DNA of 64,000 nucleotides from positions 436-64,435 of the forward strand of contig JAMDDD010000009.1 of the NCBI GenBank assembly GCA_023489275.1, given 5' to 3'. This stretch comes from Actinomycetota bacterium (GTDB lineage Bacteria; Actinomycetota; Thermoleophilia; BMS3ABIN01). Under the pieces are notes generated by a model, which ran no database searches, had not been told where the DNA came from, and saw nothing but the letters and a program-made list of their open reading frames with translations. Made by a program: the position numbers and the translations under genes. Below are positions 32,585-41,131 of this stretch, piece by piece. The first letter of the stretch is position 1. Each line of letters opens with the position of its first letter.

Positions 32585-33923
32585 AATCGTTACCGTCGAT
32601 CAACCAGGAGTTGTTCACAAGCTCGAACGTATAGTCCAGCGTCCAGTCGTCGCAGGTATCGCCGTTCGGCCCATAATCCGCATCCTGCGTGCTCGTGAAG
32701 GTAACAAACACCTTCAGCGTTGCTGCGTCCAACGGTGTCATGCTATGGATGGCGACGTTGAAATCGTGGCTTGTGGCATCAGCGCCGGCCAAATGTTCGA
32801 TGCTGCCCACCCGCTGCTGGCCCGCCGGCGTGAATTGTTGCCACACCATCTGCCAGTCCCCAGTGTTGATGCCCCAGAAGTAGGCCCCCAATGTCGCTGC
32901 TACATCGCTGGCGCCGGGCTGTGCGGCCAGTTCGCTCGGGACTGCGATCGGAACAGAGTCATGTGACAGACTCGGAGACGAGGTAGTCGGCGAGGGAAAT
33001 GAGCTGTTCGCTTGCGGTGAGCTGCTCGTCGTCCTTAGTGCCAATCTGCCTGGCGAGGCCACCGCGGCCGCTGAAGGCGTCGCTGGTGATGTCGTTTTGT
33101 GACGATCATTTAGCACGAAGAGACCGTATGTAATAACAAACGCCGCAGTGAAAACGATGACAAAGATGACGAGCACCACGATCGGTGTGTGTCTTCGGCT
33201 GCGCCCCAGGCCGGGGGGTGACTGTAAGCCGCCTTGCGTCTCTAGTCCTTTGCCAAACGAAGTAACCGCGCTTTGCAGAACGATCGTGCGGTCACACATC
33301 TCTGCCAGGCGGGGGTCATGGGTGACGACAATCACGGGAACCTTCTGTGCCAGCACCTTGAACAAACCGGCAACCTCGGCCATCAGGCCTGGATCGAGGT
33401 TAGCGGTCGGCTCGTCAGCGATGACAAGTTCAACGTCACGGGCGAGCATGCGGGCGATGGCGACCCGCTGGCGCTGGCCACCGGAAAGGCTACCGATCTT
33501 GCGCTCAGCGAAGTCATTGAGATCAACTTGGTTAATACTTGACTCTATACGAGCAGGGCGCCACTCTGAGGGCACCTGAGCGTCACTGAGATCTTGCTCC
33601 AGTGTCCGTTTCGGTGTCCAGTTGGCAAGCAGGCCAAAGTCCTGTGGGATGAGGCCAATGCGCCTCAGTTGGCGCTGGCGATCGGCATCGCGGCGTAGCT
33701 CCTGCCAGTCGGTGCCAAGCACCTTGACAGTGCCCTCGTAGGGTTCCTGCAGGGTGCCGGCAAGTAGCTCGACGAGGGTTGTCTTACCGGCACCACTGGG
33801 GCCGGTAATGGCAATCAGACCACTGCCACTGATATCGAGGAAGGGGATGCGCAAGACGTCTTCCTGCGTGTCCGCATAGCGATAGCGCAAGTCGCGAATC
33901 GTGATCAGTGGGGTGCTCATCAC
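32526..33923 (-). CDS. ABC ATPase (FtsE/MacB-type) fused to a TM helix, Ser/Thr/Pro-rich linker and ~130-aa extracytoplasmic domain
   Basis: Walker A GPSGAGKTT, signature LSGGQRQRVAIARML, Walker B LVIADEPTANLD, H-loop VTHD; then IVVLVIFVIVFTAAFVITYGLFVL TM and C-terminal domain; the last ~20 codons read through the CRISPR-like repeats so the true stop is uncertain. Confidence 0.7.
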   Translation of the reverse strand: MMSTPLITIRDLRYRYADTQEDVLRIPFLDISGSGLIAITGPSGAGKTTLVELLAGTLQEPYEGTVKVLGTDWQELRRDADRQRQLRRIGLIPQDFGLLANWTPKRTLEQDLSDAQVPSEWRPARIESSINQVDLNDFAERKIGSLSGGQRQRVAIARMLARDVELVIADEPTANLDPGLMAEVAGLFKVLAQKVPVIVVTHDPRLAEMCDRTIVLQSAVTSFGKGLETQGGLQSPPGLGRSRRHTPIVVLVIFVIVFTAAFVITYGLFVLNDRHKTTSPATPSAAAVASPGRLALRTTSSSPQANSSFPSPTTSSPSLSHDSVPIAVPSELAAQPGASDVAATLGAYFWGINTGDWQMVWQQFTPAGQQRVGSIEHLAGADATSHDFNVAIHSMTPLDAATLKVFVTFTSTQDADYGPNGDTCDDWTLDYTFELVNNSWLIDGNDSHNGISSQACNNAFPGGEP

Positions 33924-33935
33924 GAAACTCCGCTG

Positions 33936-34511
33936 CTATCCTTTACGCAGCATTGCCGGGCTGATGTTGGTCGATCGCCAGGCGGGAAGCAGGGTCGCTG
34001 CCAGAGCAAGCACGATTGTCACCGGAAAGGCAGCCAGCAAGGAGACCAAGTTGAAGGCCACCGGCAGCACGGTCGTCTGGCGCAAGATGCCCGCCGCCAG
34101 GATGCCTAAGGCTTCGCCGACTAGGCCGCCGATCAAACAGGGGTAGAACATAGCGATGAGAAACTCGCGCAGCAGGCGCGAGCGCAACACACCGCTCTGA
34201 CGGCGCACAGCGATCTCCTCGCGGCGGTTGCGCATTACAGTGACGCCGAGAGTAAAAGTAGCGGCGGCAGTTTGGCTTAGCATGGCAGCCACCACGACGA
34301 TTGTGAGTACGGTAAGGATTTGCTCGACTAGGGCAGTGTTCACAGCCTGCGTGTGCTCGACATTCGGGTTGTCAACTAGGTGGGTGATCTTCTCTGCCAC
34401 GCCAAATGCAACACTCATCAGCAAGACGGAGAAGAACACCCCTATAAAAACGGCGATGGCGGCTGCCGCCTGCCAGGGTTCACGATGATGGATTTTTACT
34501 TGAGCAGGCAC
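33936..34511 (-). CDS. minimal FtsX-family ABC permease (no periplasmic domain)
   Basis: 191 aa, 4 TM, FtsX signature RNRREEIAVRRQSGV. Confidence 0.65.
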   Translation of the reverse strand: MPAQVKIHHREPWQAAAAIAVFIGVFFSVLLMSVAFGVAEKITHLVDNPNVEHTQAVNTALVEQILTVLTIVVVAAMLSQTAAATFTLGVTVMRNRREEIAVRRQSGVLRSRLLREFLIAMFYPCLIGGLVGEALGILAAGILRQTTVLPVAFNLVSLLAAFPVTIVLALAATLLPAWRSTNISPAMLRKG

Positions 34512-34514
34512 GAA

Positions 34515-34757
34515 TCACTCTTTGTTCGTGGATTGAGCAGATGATTGAATAACAGATTTAAAGATGCTTATCACTCCGAAGAATAAAATAACCCCCGACA
34601 GGGCCATGAGGCTCAAATACACAGGCTCCTTGAGGTAGAAGTTTCTCCCCTGCTCCACCATCATCAGTTCATCGCCAAGACCTGAAGGGGGCCGTACGGA
34701 ATAAACGGCGATCAATCCGATGGCACCTATCACGAGCAGAATGACGCCCTTTTTCAT
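34515..34757 (-). CDS. small two-TM membrane protein, first gene of the ABC operon
   Basis: 80 aa, two hydrophobic helices; sits downstream of a 450-bp AT-rich promoter region. Confidence 0.4.
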   Translation of the reverse strand: MKKGVILLVIGAIGLIAVYSVRPPSGLGDELMMVEQGRNFYLKEPVYLSLMALSGVILFFGVISIFKSVIQSSAQSTNKE

Positions 34758-35212
34758 AGTTTCCTCACATTCATTGATTAGGTCACTGAATCATAATTAT
34801 TCAGTTTCATATCGTCAGCATTGTTAAGCTCTACCCACGTAATATGATTAAACCTCAAACATGATTTTAGAATGCCTTTTGTAATTATCTTTCTGCTTGG
34901 GTGAAGTCCCAATTCTGTTGTAAATTTGCTTTCCGGTAGACTGACTCATCCTAGCCGATTTTGACTAGCTTCCCGTTTTGTTTTTCTTCCTGCCGTTCCT
35001 TCCACTCAAAGTATTCCGTCATGTCGAAGTAACGCGTGCCAGTTGAACAACACTTCTTGAACTTCAGATTCCTTCGTCGAGCCAGTAGGAGAGCATCTTT
35101 AGCAGTAATGCTTTTTAACATTGCTTGACTAGGTCAGTAGAAAATGCAAATAAAGCTACGTGCCTAATTTATCATGGAATTGTCAGGCTGCAAATTTTTT
35201 TCTAGTTTAGAG

Positions 35213-35569
35213 TTACGTTGGAGTTACCATGTTTCTGTTACCATCACAGAGCCCCTTTGAACTATGATTCCCAGGTTGCGCACACTTCGTCAATGTGTCT
35301 ATCGCGGCCTCAAGAGAAGCCACCGATGCCGAGATGCTTTGCACCACCAGCCGTGCCACCTCTGGATGAAGCCGGCACACCCCCTTTTTATCAATCACGA
35401 AGTCCCTGGGCGTGAACGTCTGCGAACAAACAAACGCCAGCACCTCTCGGTCCACCTTTGGTCGGTGCGACTCCATGAGATCATTAACGAAAGAATCCCG
35501 CCCCTCCCGGCAGACATGCAGGAAGCCGATCGTCGGATCAAGGCCAACCTCGGAGATAGCAAAGCGCAC
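35213..35569 (-). pseudogene. cas1: Cas1 C-terminal fragment (CRISPR integrase remnant)
   Basis: GLDPTIGFLHVCREGRDSFVNDLMESHRPKVDREVLAFV...DFVIDKKGVCRLHPE matches the conserved Cas1 block GLdPylGflH...slvlDLMEpFRPlVDr.vl; N-terminal two-thirds absent. Confidence 0.6.
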
Positions 35570-35620
35570 CTGACTTTCAAGGAGGGCGTATGAGATGGTC
35601 CAGCTTTCGTGGACACTTTT

Positions 35621-35760
35621 TTAAGGCTCCTGCTGCTCCAGCCAACGCTCCTCAAACTTCTTCGGGCTGACATATCCGAGCGACGAATGCAGCCGGTTTG
35701 AGTTGTAATACATCTCGATGTAGTCAACTATATCTCTTGTTGCCTCCTCTCGGCTATGGT
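35621..35760 (-). mobile_element. IS3-family transposase OrfB C-terminal fragment
   Basis: ...YHSREEATRDIVDYIEMYYNSNRLHSSLGYVSPKKFEE matches the OrfB tail and the other IS3 copy at 41840-42491. Confidence 0.7.
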
Positions 35761-35884
35761 AGCGGCGGCCGCGCACCTGGTCAGATTTAGAGCCTGGCGG
35801 ATTGCACACCCCTTCGACTTGACAAGATGATAGAGTTGTGCAGGTCGAAAGTGGTCCACGCACTGCACATCCCTATACCCGCCC

Positions 35885-35955
35885 TCAAAAATGTCTTGTT
35901 TAAGGCATTTCTTGTTCCCCGATATCGTAAACAGCTGGCGGGAATTGAACTTCCG
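35885..35955 (+). repeat. direct repeat A, copy 2
   Basis: See copy 1 at 29950-30020. Confidence 0.8.
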
Positions 35956-36082
35956 TTCCAACGACTCTCATAAAAACACAAAGCCCAGTCAATAATTTCA
36001 GTTGACAGAATGCTGGCAAATAAATCCGCAGCATTCATAAGATGTCCGCATGAAGATATAATGGCTTTCAAAAGGAATATGC

Positions 36083-36409
36083 ATGGGGAATCTGACAACA
36101 AATGAGAAAAAGGCTTTAACTGACTTTCGCGATGTCCTGGTTGCAGACTTCGGCGCGTTAGACGTCCGCCTTTTCGGGTCTCGTGCGCGTGGCGAGGGCG
36201 ATGAAGAGTCGGATCTGGATGTTTTTATCGTCCTTCCTCAAATTGACTGGGAACTGGAGAAGAAAATTTACGGCCTCTCCTTTGATATTAGTCTGGGACA
36301 CGCTGTGCTTATTTCTCCGATTCTCTATTCTCAAAGTGATATCGAAAATCCATCCATAATGATTTCGCCTCTTTACAAGACCGTTCTGCGAGAGGGCGTG
36401 AAGATTTGA
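36083..36409 (+). CDS. minimal nucleotidyltransferase (MNT) antitoxin of a HEPN/MNT pair
   Basis: GSRARGEGDEESDLDVFIV polbeta-type NTase motif; 108 aa; 4-nt overlap with HEPN gene. Confidence 0.8.
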   Translation: MGNLTTNEKKALTDFRDVLVADFGALDVRLFGSRARGEGDEESDLDVFIVLPQIDWELEKKIYGLSFDISLGHAVLISPILYSQSDIENPSIMISPLYKTVLREGVKI

Positions 36410-36798
36410 ATGATGACTTGAGAAGCCTCGTGGAATATCGACTTGATGAGGCACATGAATCGATTGAAGAAGCAGTTCTCTTGCTGCATGATGGTAAACC
36501 ACGCGGCGCTTTAAGCCGGGCGTATTATGCGATGTTCTACGCAACCCTTGCGTTGCTCGCAATAAAGGAGCTGGGTGCATCAAAGCATTCGGGTGTTATT
36601 CGCCTGTTCCACGAACATTACGTGCAGGATGGAACATTCGAAAAGGAAATTGCTCGCTCGCTGAGCGTTGCCTTTGATCTCAGAAACAAATCGGATTATC
36701 GCGAACTGATTTCACCTTCCCGTGAAGAAGCACAGGATACGCTTGAAGCAGCGAAAAAGTTTGTGGCCGAGGCAGAGCGGGTCGTCGCGCAAAGATAA
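36406..36798 (+). CDS. HEPN-domain toxin
   Basis: 130 aa helical protein with R-x4-6-H-like motif RNKSDY; paired with MNT. Confidence 0.75.
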   Translation: MNDDLRSLVEYRLDEAHESIEEAVLLLHDGKPRGALSRAYYAMFYATLALLAIKELGASKHSGVIRLFHEHYVQDGTFEKEIARSLSVAFDLRNKSDYRELISPSREEAQDTLEAAKKFVAEAERVVAQR

Positions 36799-36828
36799 AT
36801 ACGGCGAACGATATCGTGAGGGCAAGCA

Positions 36829-36957
36829 ATGGCTCATAAGCGAAAAGGACAACTAACCCCCGCTCCCCAGTGGTGGAAGCACTTGCGTGACTGGAAGCGC
36901 ATCGCCAATAAACGCGAGCGCCGGGCAGAAAAACAAGGGATCAAGAGGGGGGCCTAA
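36829..36957 (+). CDS. second copy of the small basic 42-aa protein
   Basis: Identical architecture to 30646-30774. Confidence 0.45.
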   Translation: MAHKRKGQLTPAPQWWKHLRDWKRIANKRERRAEKQGIKRGA

Positions 36958-36958
36958 A

Positions 36959-37276
36959 ATGGCTATCCCGGCTTTTCAGGATTTAATGTTGCCGTTACTA
37001 ATATTTGCGAGCGACGGCCAAGAACATACACCGCGTGAAACAGTTGAAACACTGGCGGATGAATTCTCGCTGGCCGAGGCGGACCGGCAGGAGCTGCTGC
37101 CCAGTGGTCGGCAGGCGACTTTTGATAACCGTGTCGCTTGGGCTAAAGCTCATATGAAAATGGCAGGCCCCTTAAGCTCACCAAAAAGAGGTATTTACAG
37201 GATAACTGATCGCGGTCAGGAGACAGTTAACCGGAGTTATTACACGGCAACGAATGTGCGTCTGAGTTCTGCATGA
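36959..37276 (+). pseudogene. mrr: truncated second copy of mrr (Mrr_N domain only)
   Basis: MAIPAFQDLMLPLLIFASDGQEHTPRETVETLADEFSL... identical to the first copy up to 37231, then diverges and terminates. Confidence 0.7.
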
Positions 37277-38688
37277 AGGGGACGATGCACTGATAGATAT
37301 TTTCGCATAGCATCAATAATCCGTTCAGGCCGATTTTCGCGAATGCGGCCATATTTCTGAGGTACCCCTTGCGGAGTGACGAATGCCGCTGTATAGCTCC
37401 GGCCGGGCCGAACCTCTTCAATGCCTGCAAACAGTTTTTGAATACGGCGTCCCGGGGGGTTCTCTATTTTGAAGTAGACATTAAGACCGAGACAGCGCTT
37501 GACATATCCTCCCATCTGCTCATACGGATCGCATGAAAACGTCCTTTCAAGATTCTCCTCCAGCATCGCCCTGATTTCCTCTCCTGTTAGCTCTACTGTT
37601 GAGACAGGCGGATTCATGGGAATAATGTTGTAAAGGTCATTCAAGGTTATCTGTCCTGGAACTATTGGTGCGCCGTAGCGCCAGCCATTCGAAAATGCCA
37701 ATTGCGCCCCCGTGTTTTCGAGCAGGGTCTTAAGGAGGAAATTGTCCATAGTAGCTTCCAAAGTTGTTCCCCTGTTGAGCGCTGTGACAGTTTCACCGAC
37801 AACCTCTGCGAGATCATTCTTATAGGGTGCGAGTGCCTGTCTTATCAGTTCATCTACTGTGGGGTCAGGTTGCGTGGCTGCTTCAACCTCAATCAACCGG
37901 TGCCGGTAATCTACGATTTGTCCACCGACCACCTCCAGGTCCAGGCGACCCAAAAAAGAACCATGGCAGCCTGACTGTATAACAATAGTTTTCCCATTGA
38001 GAACCGGTTTATAAAGACGGTTATGGGTGTGACCGCTGAGACAAATATCTATGCCGTGCACCTCGGACAAAAGCTTCATTTCCTGAGGGAACCCGAGGTG
38101 CGAGACCAAGACAACGAAGTCCACCTTTTCTTGAGTGCGCAGCACATCGATAATTGGCGGAAGTTCATCCTTGCCCAGGGTAAAGGATATGCCTTCGCTG
38201 TAGGAGGGCGGCATGGTCTTGTCCACGATATTTGAGGCTATCCCCACAAGGCCGATCCGTAATCCGCCGATCTCTTTTACGACATACGCCTGAAAGACCG
38301 GTTTGCTTGTCTCTTTTTCGTAGACATTGTTTGCCAGCATCGGATATTCAAGCTCGGTGGCCCGCTGCTGGAATACCCTCGGGCCATAAGCAAATTCCCA
38401 GTGTGCCGTCATGGCATCAAGTCCCAACGAATTCAAGATAGGGATCAAATCCCGGCCCTGGGTGTTCAGGGCAGGATAGGTGCCGTGTATGGTATCGCCG
38501 CAGTCGCAAAAGAGAACGCGCCCCTGGCTCTCAGCCCGAATCTGTTTTACGATCGCGGCGATGCGGGCGTAACCACCCGCAAGACGGTATACAGCGCGGG
38601 CGCCCTGCCAAAACATTTCCTGGTGTAAATCAAAATAGGCGTGGCTGTCATTCATTTGAACTATTGTGAACTTGTTACTCCCGCTCAT
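37240..38688 (-). CDS. bifunctional metallophosphatase/5'-nucleotidase
   Basis: Calcineurin-like motifs (VQMNDSHAY, GDTIHG, GHTHN) plus 5'-nucleotidase C-terminal domain; start set at MSGSNKF. Confidence 0.75.
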   Translation of the reverse strand: MSGSNKFTIVQMNDSHAYFDLHQEMFWQGARAVYRLAGGYARIAAIVKQIRAESQGRVLFCDCGDTIHGTYPALNTQGRDLIPILNSLGLDAMTAHWEFAYGPRVFQQRATELEYPMLANNVYEKETSKPVFQAYVVKEIGGLRIGLVGIASNIVDKTMPPSYSEGISFTLGKDELPPIIDVLRTQEKVDFVVLVSHLGFPQEMKLLSEVHGIDICLSGHTHNRLYKPVLNGKTIVIQSGCHGSFLGRLDLEVVGGQIVDYRHRLIEVEAATQPDPTVDELIRQALAPYKNDLAEVVGETVTALNRGTTLEATMDNFLLKTLLENTGAQLAFSNGWRYGAPIVPGQITLNDLYNIIPMNPPVSTVELTGEEIRAMLEENLERTFSCDPYEQMGGYVKRCLGLNVYFKIENPPGRRIQKLFAGIEEVRPGRSYTAAFVTPQGVPQKYGRIRENRPERIIDAMRKYLSVHRPLHAELRRTFVAV

Positions 38689-38807
38689 TCCTATCCCCTC
38701 ATTTCCGTTAGTCCATTGTGTCCTTTTGGGGAATTCAACCACCGCAAATTAGGAACCGAACATACGCAATGTGTCAGGTATAACGCAAAAAGTATTATAG
38801 TCTGTCC

Positions 38808-39563
38808 ATGAATTTCATTGCCTTAATTATCGGTGCTGTTACCGGTTTCGTTTCTGCTTTTTTTGGCATTGGCGGGAGCAGTATTGACACACCTGTAATC
38901 AGAACTTTCCTGGGTCTTCCACCGCTGCAGTCACTGGCAACGCCCCTGCCTCTCACCGTGCTTACCGCCTCCATTGCCATGTTTGCTTATCGCAAGGGGC
39001 ATCTGGCAGATTATCGCATCACTGGCTTGAGCCTGATAACAGCGGTGCCGGGGGTAGTGTTTGGTTCATTGTTGACTGCCTATATTCCCGGCCAGTTCCT
39101 GATGCTGCTGACCGCGGTGGTGCTGGCTCTCGTGGGGATAGATTTTATCGTCAAGGATTTCACAGAAAAAACCCTGGTAATCAGCAAGCCAAGAAAGAGG
39201 GCGCCCGCCTGGCAGATTTTACTGGTGGCCGGATTCATCAGCATTCTGTCGGGCGTACTTGCCAATGGCGGTGGAATTTTCTTCGTCCCGGCGTTTGTTG
39301 TTCTTTTCCGCCTGCGGATAAAGGAGGCAATCGCTACCTCATTGCCGCTAGTGCTGATCCTGGCGCTGCCCGGAAGCGCCGTTCAACTCGCCCTGGGTCA
39401 CGTGGACCTGGCGACGATGGCGACGATGGCAATCGGCGTTGTTCCGATGGCCTTTATCGGCGCCAAGCTGGACATCCACACCCGATCAAAGATGGTTATG
39501 CTCCTTTATGGTGTGGTCATGCTTGTTTTTGCCGTCTATTTCTTTGTCAGCCAATTAAGATAG
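38808..39563 (+). CDS. TauE/SafE (DUF81) family sulfite/anion exporter
   Basis: 251 aa, two-repeat 4+4 TM topology with GxGGG motifs (FGIGGSSI, ANGGGIFFVP). Confidence 0.7.
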   Translation: MNFIALIIGAVTGFVSAFFGIGGSSIDTPVIRTFLGLPPLQSLATPLPLTVLTASIAMFAYRKGHLADYRITGLSLITAVPGVVFGSLLTAYIPGQFLMLLTAVVLALVGIDFIVKDFTEKTLVISKPRKRAPAWQILLVAGFISILSGVLANGGGIFFVPAFVVLFRLRIKEAIATSLPLVLILALPGSAVQLALGHVDLATMATMAIGVVPMAFIGAKLDIHTRSKMVMLLYGVVMLVFAVYFFVSQLR

Positions 39564-39647
39564 TGTCATGCTGGGGTTAAAGCCAGTCAAGGGGGCTAAT
39601 TACCCTTTTGCAAGAGTATCGTAAAAGAGGAATTCAAGGAGGAAACA

Positions 39648-40259
39648 ATGACCGGCGATGAACCCAACGACCAAAACAGCCACGACCACAGCCACGACCC
39701 CGGCCATGACCCCAATACCCATGACCGCCGCTTCCATGGCCAACCGGAACGGTTGCGATCGGCTGAGAGGTTGGCACTGCTGGAAGTGGAGCGCGTGGTT
39801 GCTTTGAGCCTGGAGGACCTGCGGGTAAATAGCGCTCTGGACGTAGGCTGCGGCACGGGCCTGTTTACCGAGGCATTCATCAACGCGGGCGTGGAGGCGA
39901 CCGGAATTGACGCCAATGCAGAAATATTAGCTATCGCCCGTAGTCAGGTGCCAGCGGCTCAATTCCGGGAAGCTCCGGCGGAAAAGCTGCCTTTTGACGC
40001 AGGTGTCTTCGATCTGGTGTTTCTTGGCCACCTGCTGCATGAAACCGATGAGCCACTGGCGGCTCTAAAGGAGGCGCGCCGGGTGGCAAAAGGCAGGGTA
40101 GTGGTGCTGGAATGGCCCTACCGACGCGAACAGCAGGGGCCACCGCTGGCGCACCGACTTCGGCCGGAGGCGATTGAAGATCTTGCCCACCGGGCGGGTT
40201 TTGGCGAGGCAGAGCGCATCCAGCTTAAGCACATGGATCTCTACCGGTTTGAGCCCTGA
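39648..40259 (+). CDS. class I SAM-dependent methyltransferase with His/Asp-rich N-terminal tail
   Basis: Motif I LDVGCGTGLFTEAF, motif post-I IDANAE; N-terminus NDQNSHDHSHDPGHDPNTHD. Confidence 0.7.
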   Translation: MTGDEPNDQNSHDHSHDPGHDPNTHDRRFHGQPERLRSAERLALLEVERVVALSLEDLRVNSALDVGCGTGLFTEAFINAGVEATGIDANAEILAIARSQVPAAQFREAPAEKLPFDAGVFDLVFLGHLLHETDEPLAALKEARRVAKGRVVVLEWPYRREQQGPPLAHRLRPEAIEDLAHRAGFGEAERIQLKHMDLYRFEP

Positions 40260-40342
40260 CCGGTAACAGATCGCCCCGTGTATGAGATTTGGGGCCTCGT
40301 TGAGAAAACAGGCTGGGCCGGAAACTAACGGGGGCTCTTCAG

Positions 40343-40527
40343 CTGAAAATCAGGGATTTGATCAGGCTGATCGAGGAAGATGGCTGGCAACAAACAAGGA
40401 CCAGGGAAGTCACCGCCAGTACCGGCACCCCACGAAGAAGGGAACCGTAACCATTGCTGGAAAACCGAGTTCAGATATTCCTCCTGGTACAATGGCGAGC
40501 ATTCTCAAGCAGGCTGGGCTAAAATAG
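40343..40527 (+). pseudogene. hicA: HicA-family mRNA-interferase toxin, apparent 1-nt deletion near 40404
   Basis: N-terminal half KIRDLIRLIEEDGWQQTRTR in one frame (from 40343) and GSHRQYRHPTKKGTVTIAGK...ILKQAGLK in the -1 frame; junction falls in a G-run (AGGGAAG). Confidence 0.65.
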
Positions 40528-40548
40528 GAACGTGGAAGGGGGCAGATT

Positions 40549-40752
40549 ATGAAATATATGGTCGTGATTGAAAAGGGAGAAACCGGCTACGGAGCCCATG
40601 TTCCCGATTTGCCCGGCGTTATTGCTGCCGGAGAAACCCGGGAGGAAGTTTTAAAACTTGTCAAGGAAGCAATCGAATTTCACATCGAAGGGCTTCATGA
40701 AGCAGGTGACCCTGTGCCTCCGCCATCATCCAGCGGCGAATTATTGAAGTAG
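40549..40752 (+). CDS. hicB: HicB-family antitoxin (N-terminal domain only)
   Basis: MKYMVVIEKGETGYGAHVPDLPGVIAAGETREEVLKLVKEAIEFHIEGL matches the UPF0150/HicB fold. Confidence 0.75.
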   Translation: MKYMVVIEKGETGYGAHVPDLPGVIAAGETREEVLKLVKEAIEFHIEGLHEAGDPVPPPSSSGELLK

Positions 40753-41131
40753 ATGCTGCCGCGTAATCCTGTCCATGATTGAAGCCACTATCCAAGACTG
40801 GGTAAAGCGCTTTCGGCTCAGTAGTGGCGATGATCTCACTGGGTTCATGATTGACTGCGACGCCTATCTCTGTGAGGAAGCTTTCTTGTCAGTCGAAGTC
40901 AACAAATCGAACGATTTCGAATTTGACAATCTGACTAAATTGAGGTAGTTAAACTAACGCCACCTTTCATCCTTTCGTCATACACAACTTTCGAGCATAG
41001 CTCGTATCTTTTTAGCAAAAACCAGATAATAAATCTGAAACAGTTAATTTGACATAACAGGAAATGCCCTAATATATTTCTGACCTGGAAAAAAGAAACA
41101 GATCGTTAACCTAAAGTCCGGGGGGTTAGTA

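Noticed and set aside
35264-35593. Plus-strand 109-aa ORF overlapping the cas1 fragment
   Set aside because: Its translation has no recognisable features, whereas the minus-strand frame carries the Cas1 motif block.
35790-35890. Repeat B as the terminal inverted repeat of the IS3 element
   Set aside because: OrfB homology ends before the repeat, IS3 inverted repeats are ~20-40 bp, and the two copies do not flank a transposase.
40776-40948. 57-aa ORF (MIEATIQDWVKRF...) in the AT-rich gap before the LPXTG gene
   Set aside because: No motif, no RBS, and it sits in likely promoter DNA; it falls below the reporting threshold.
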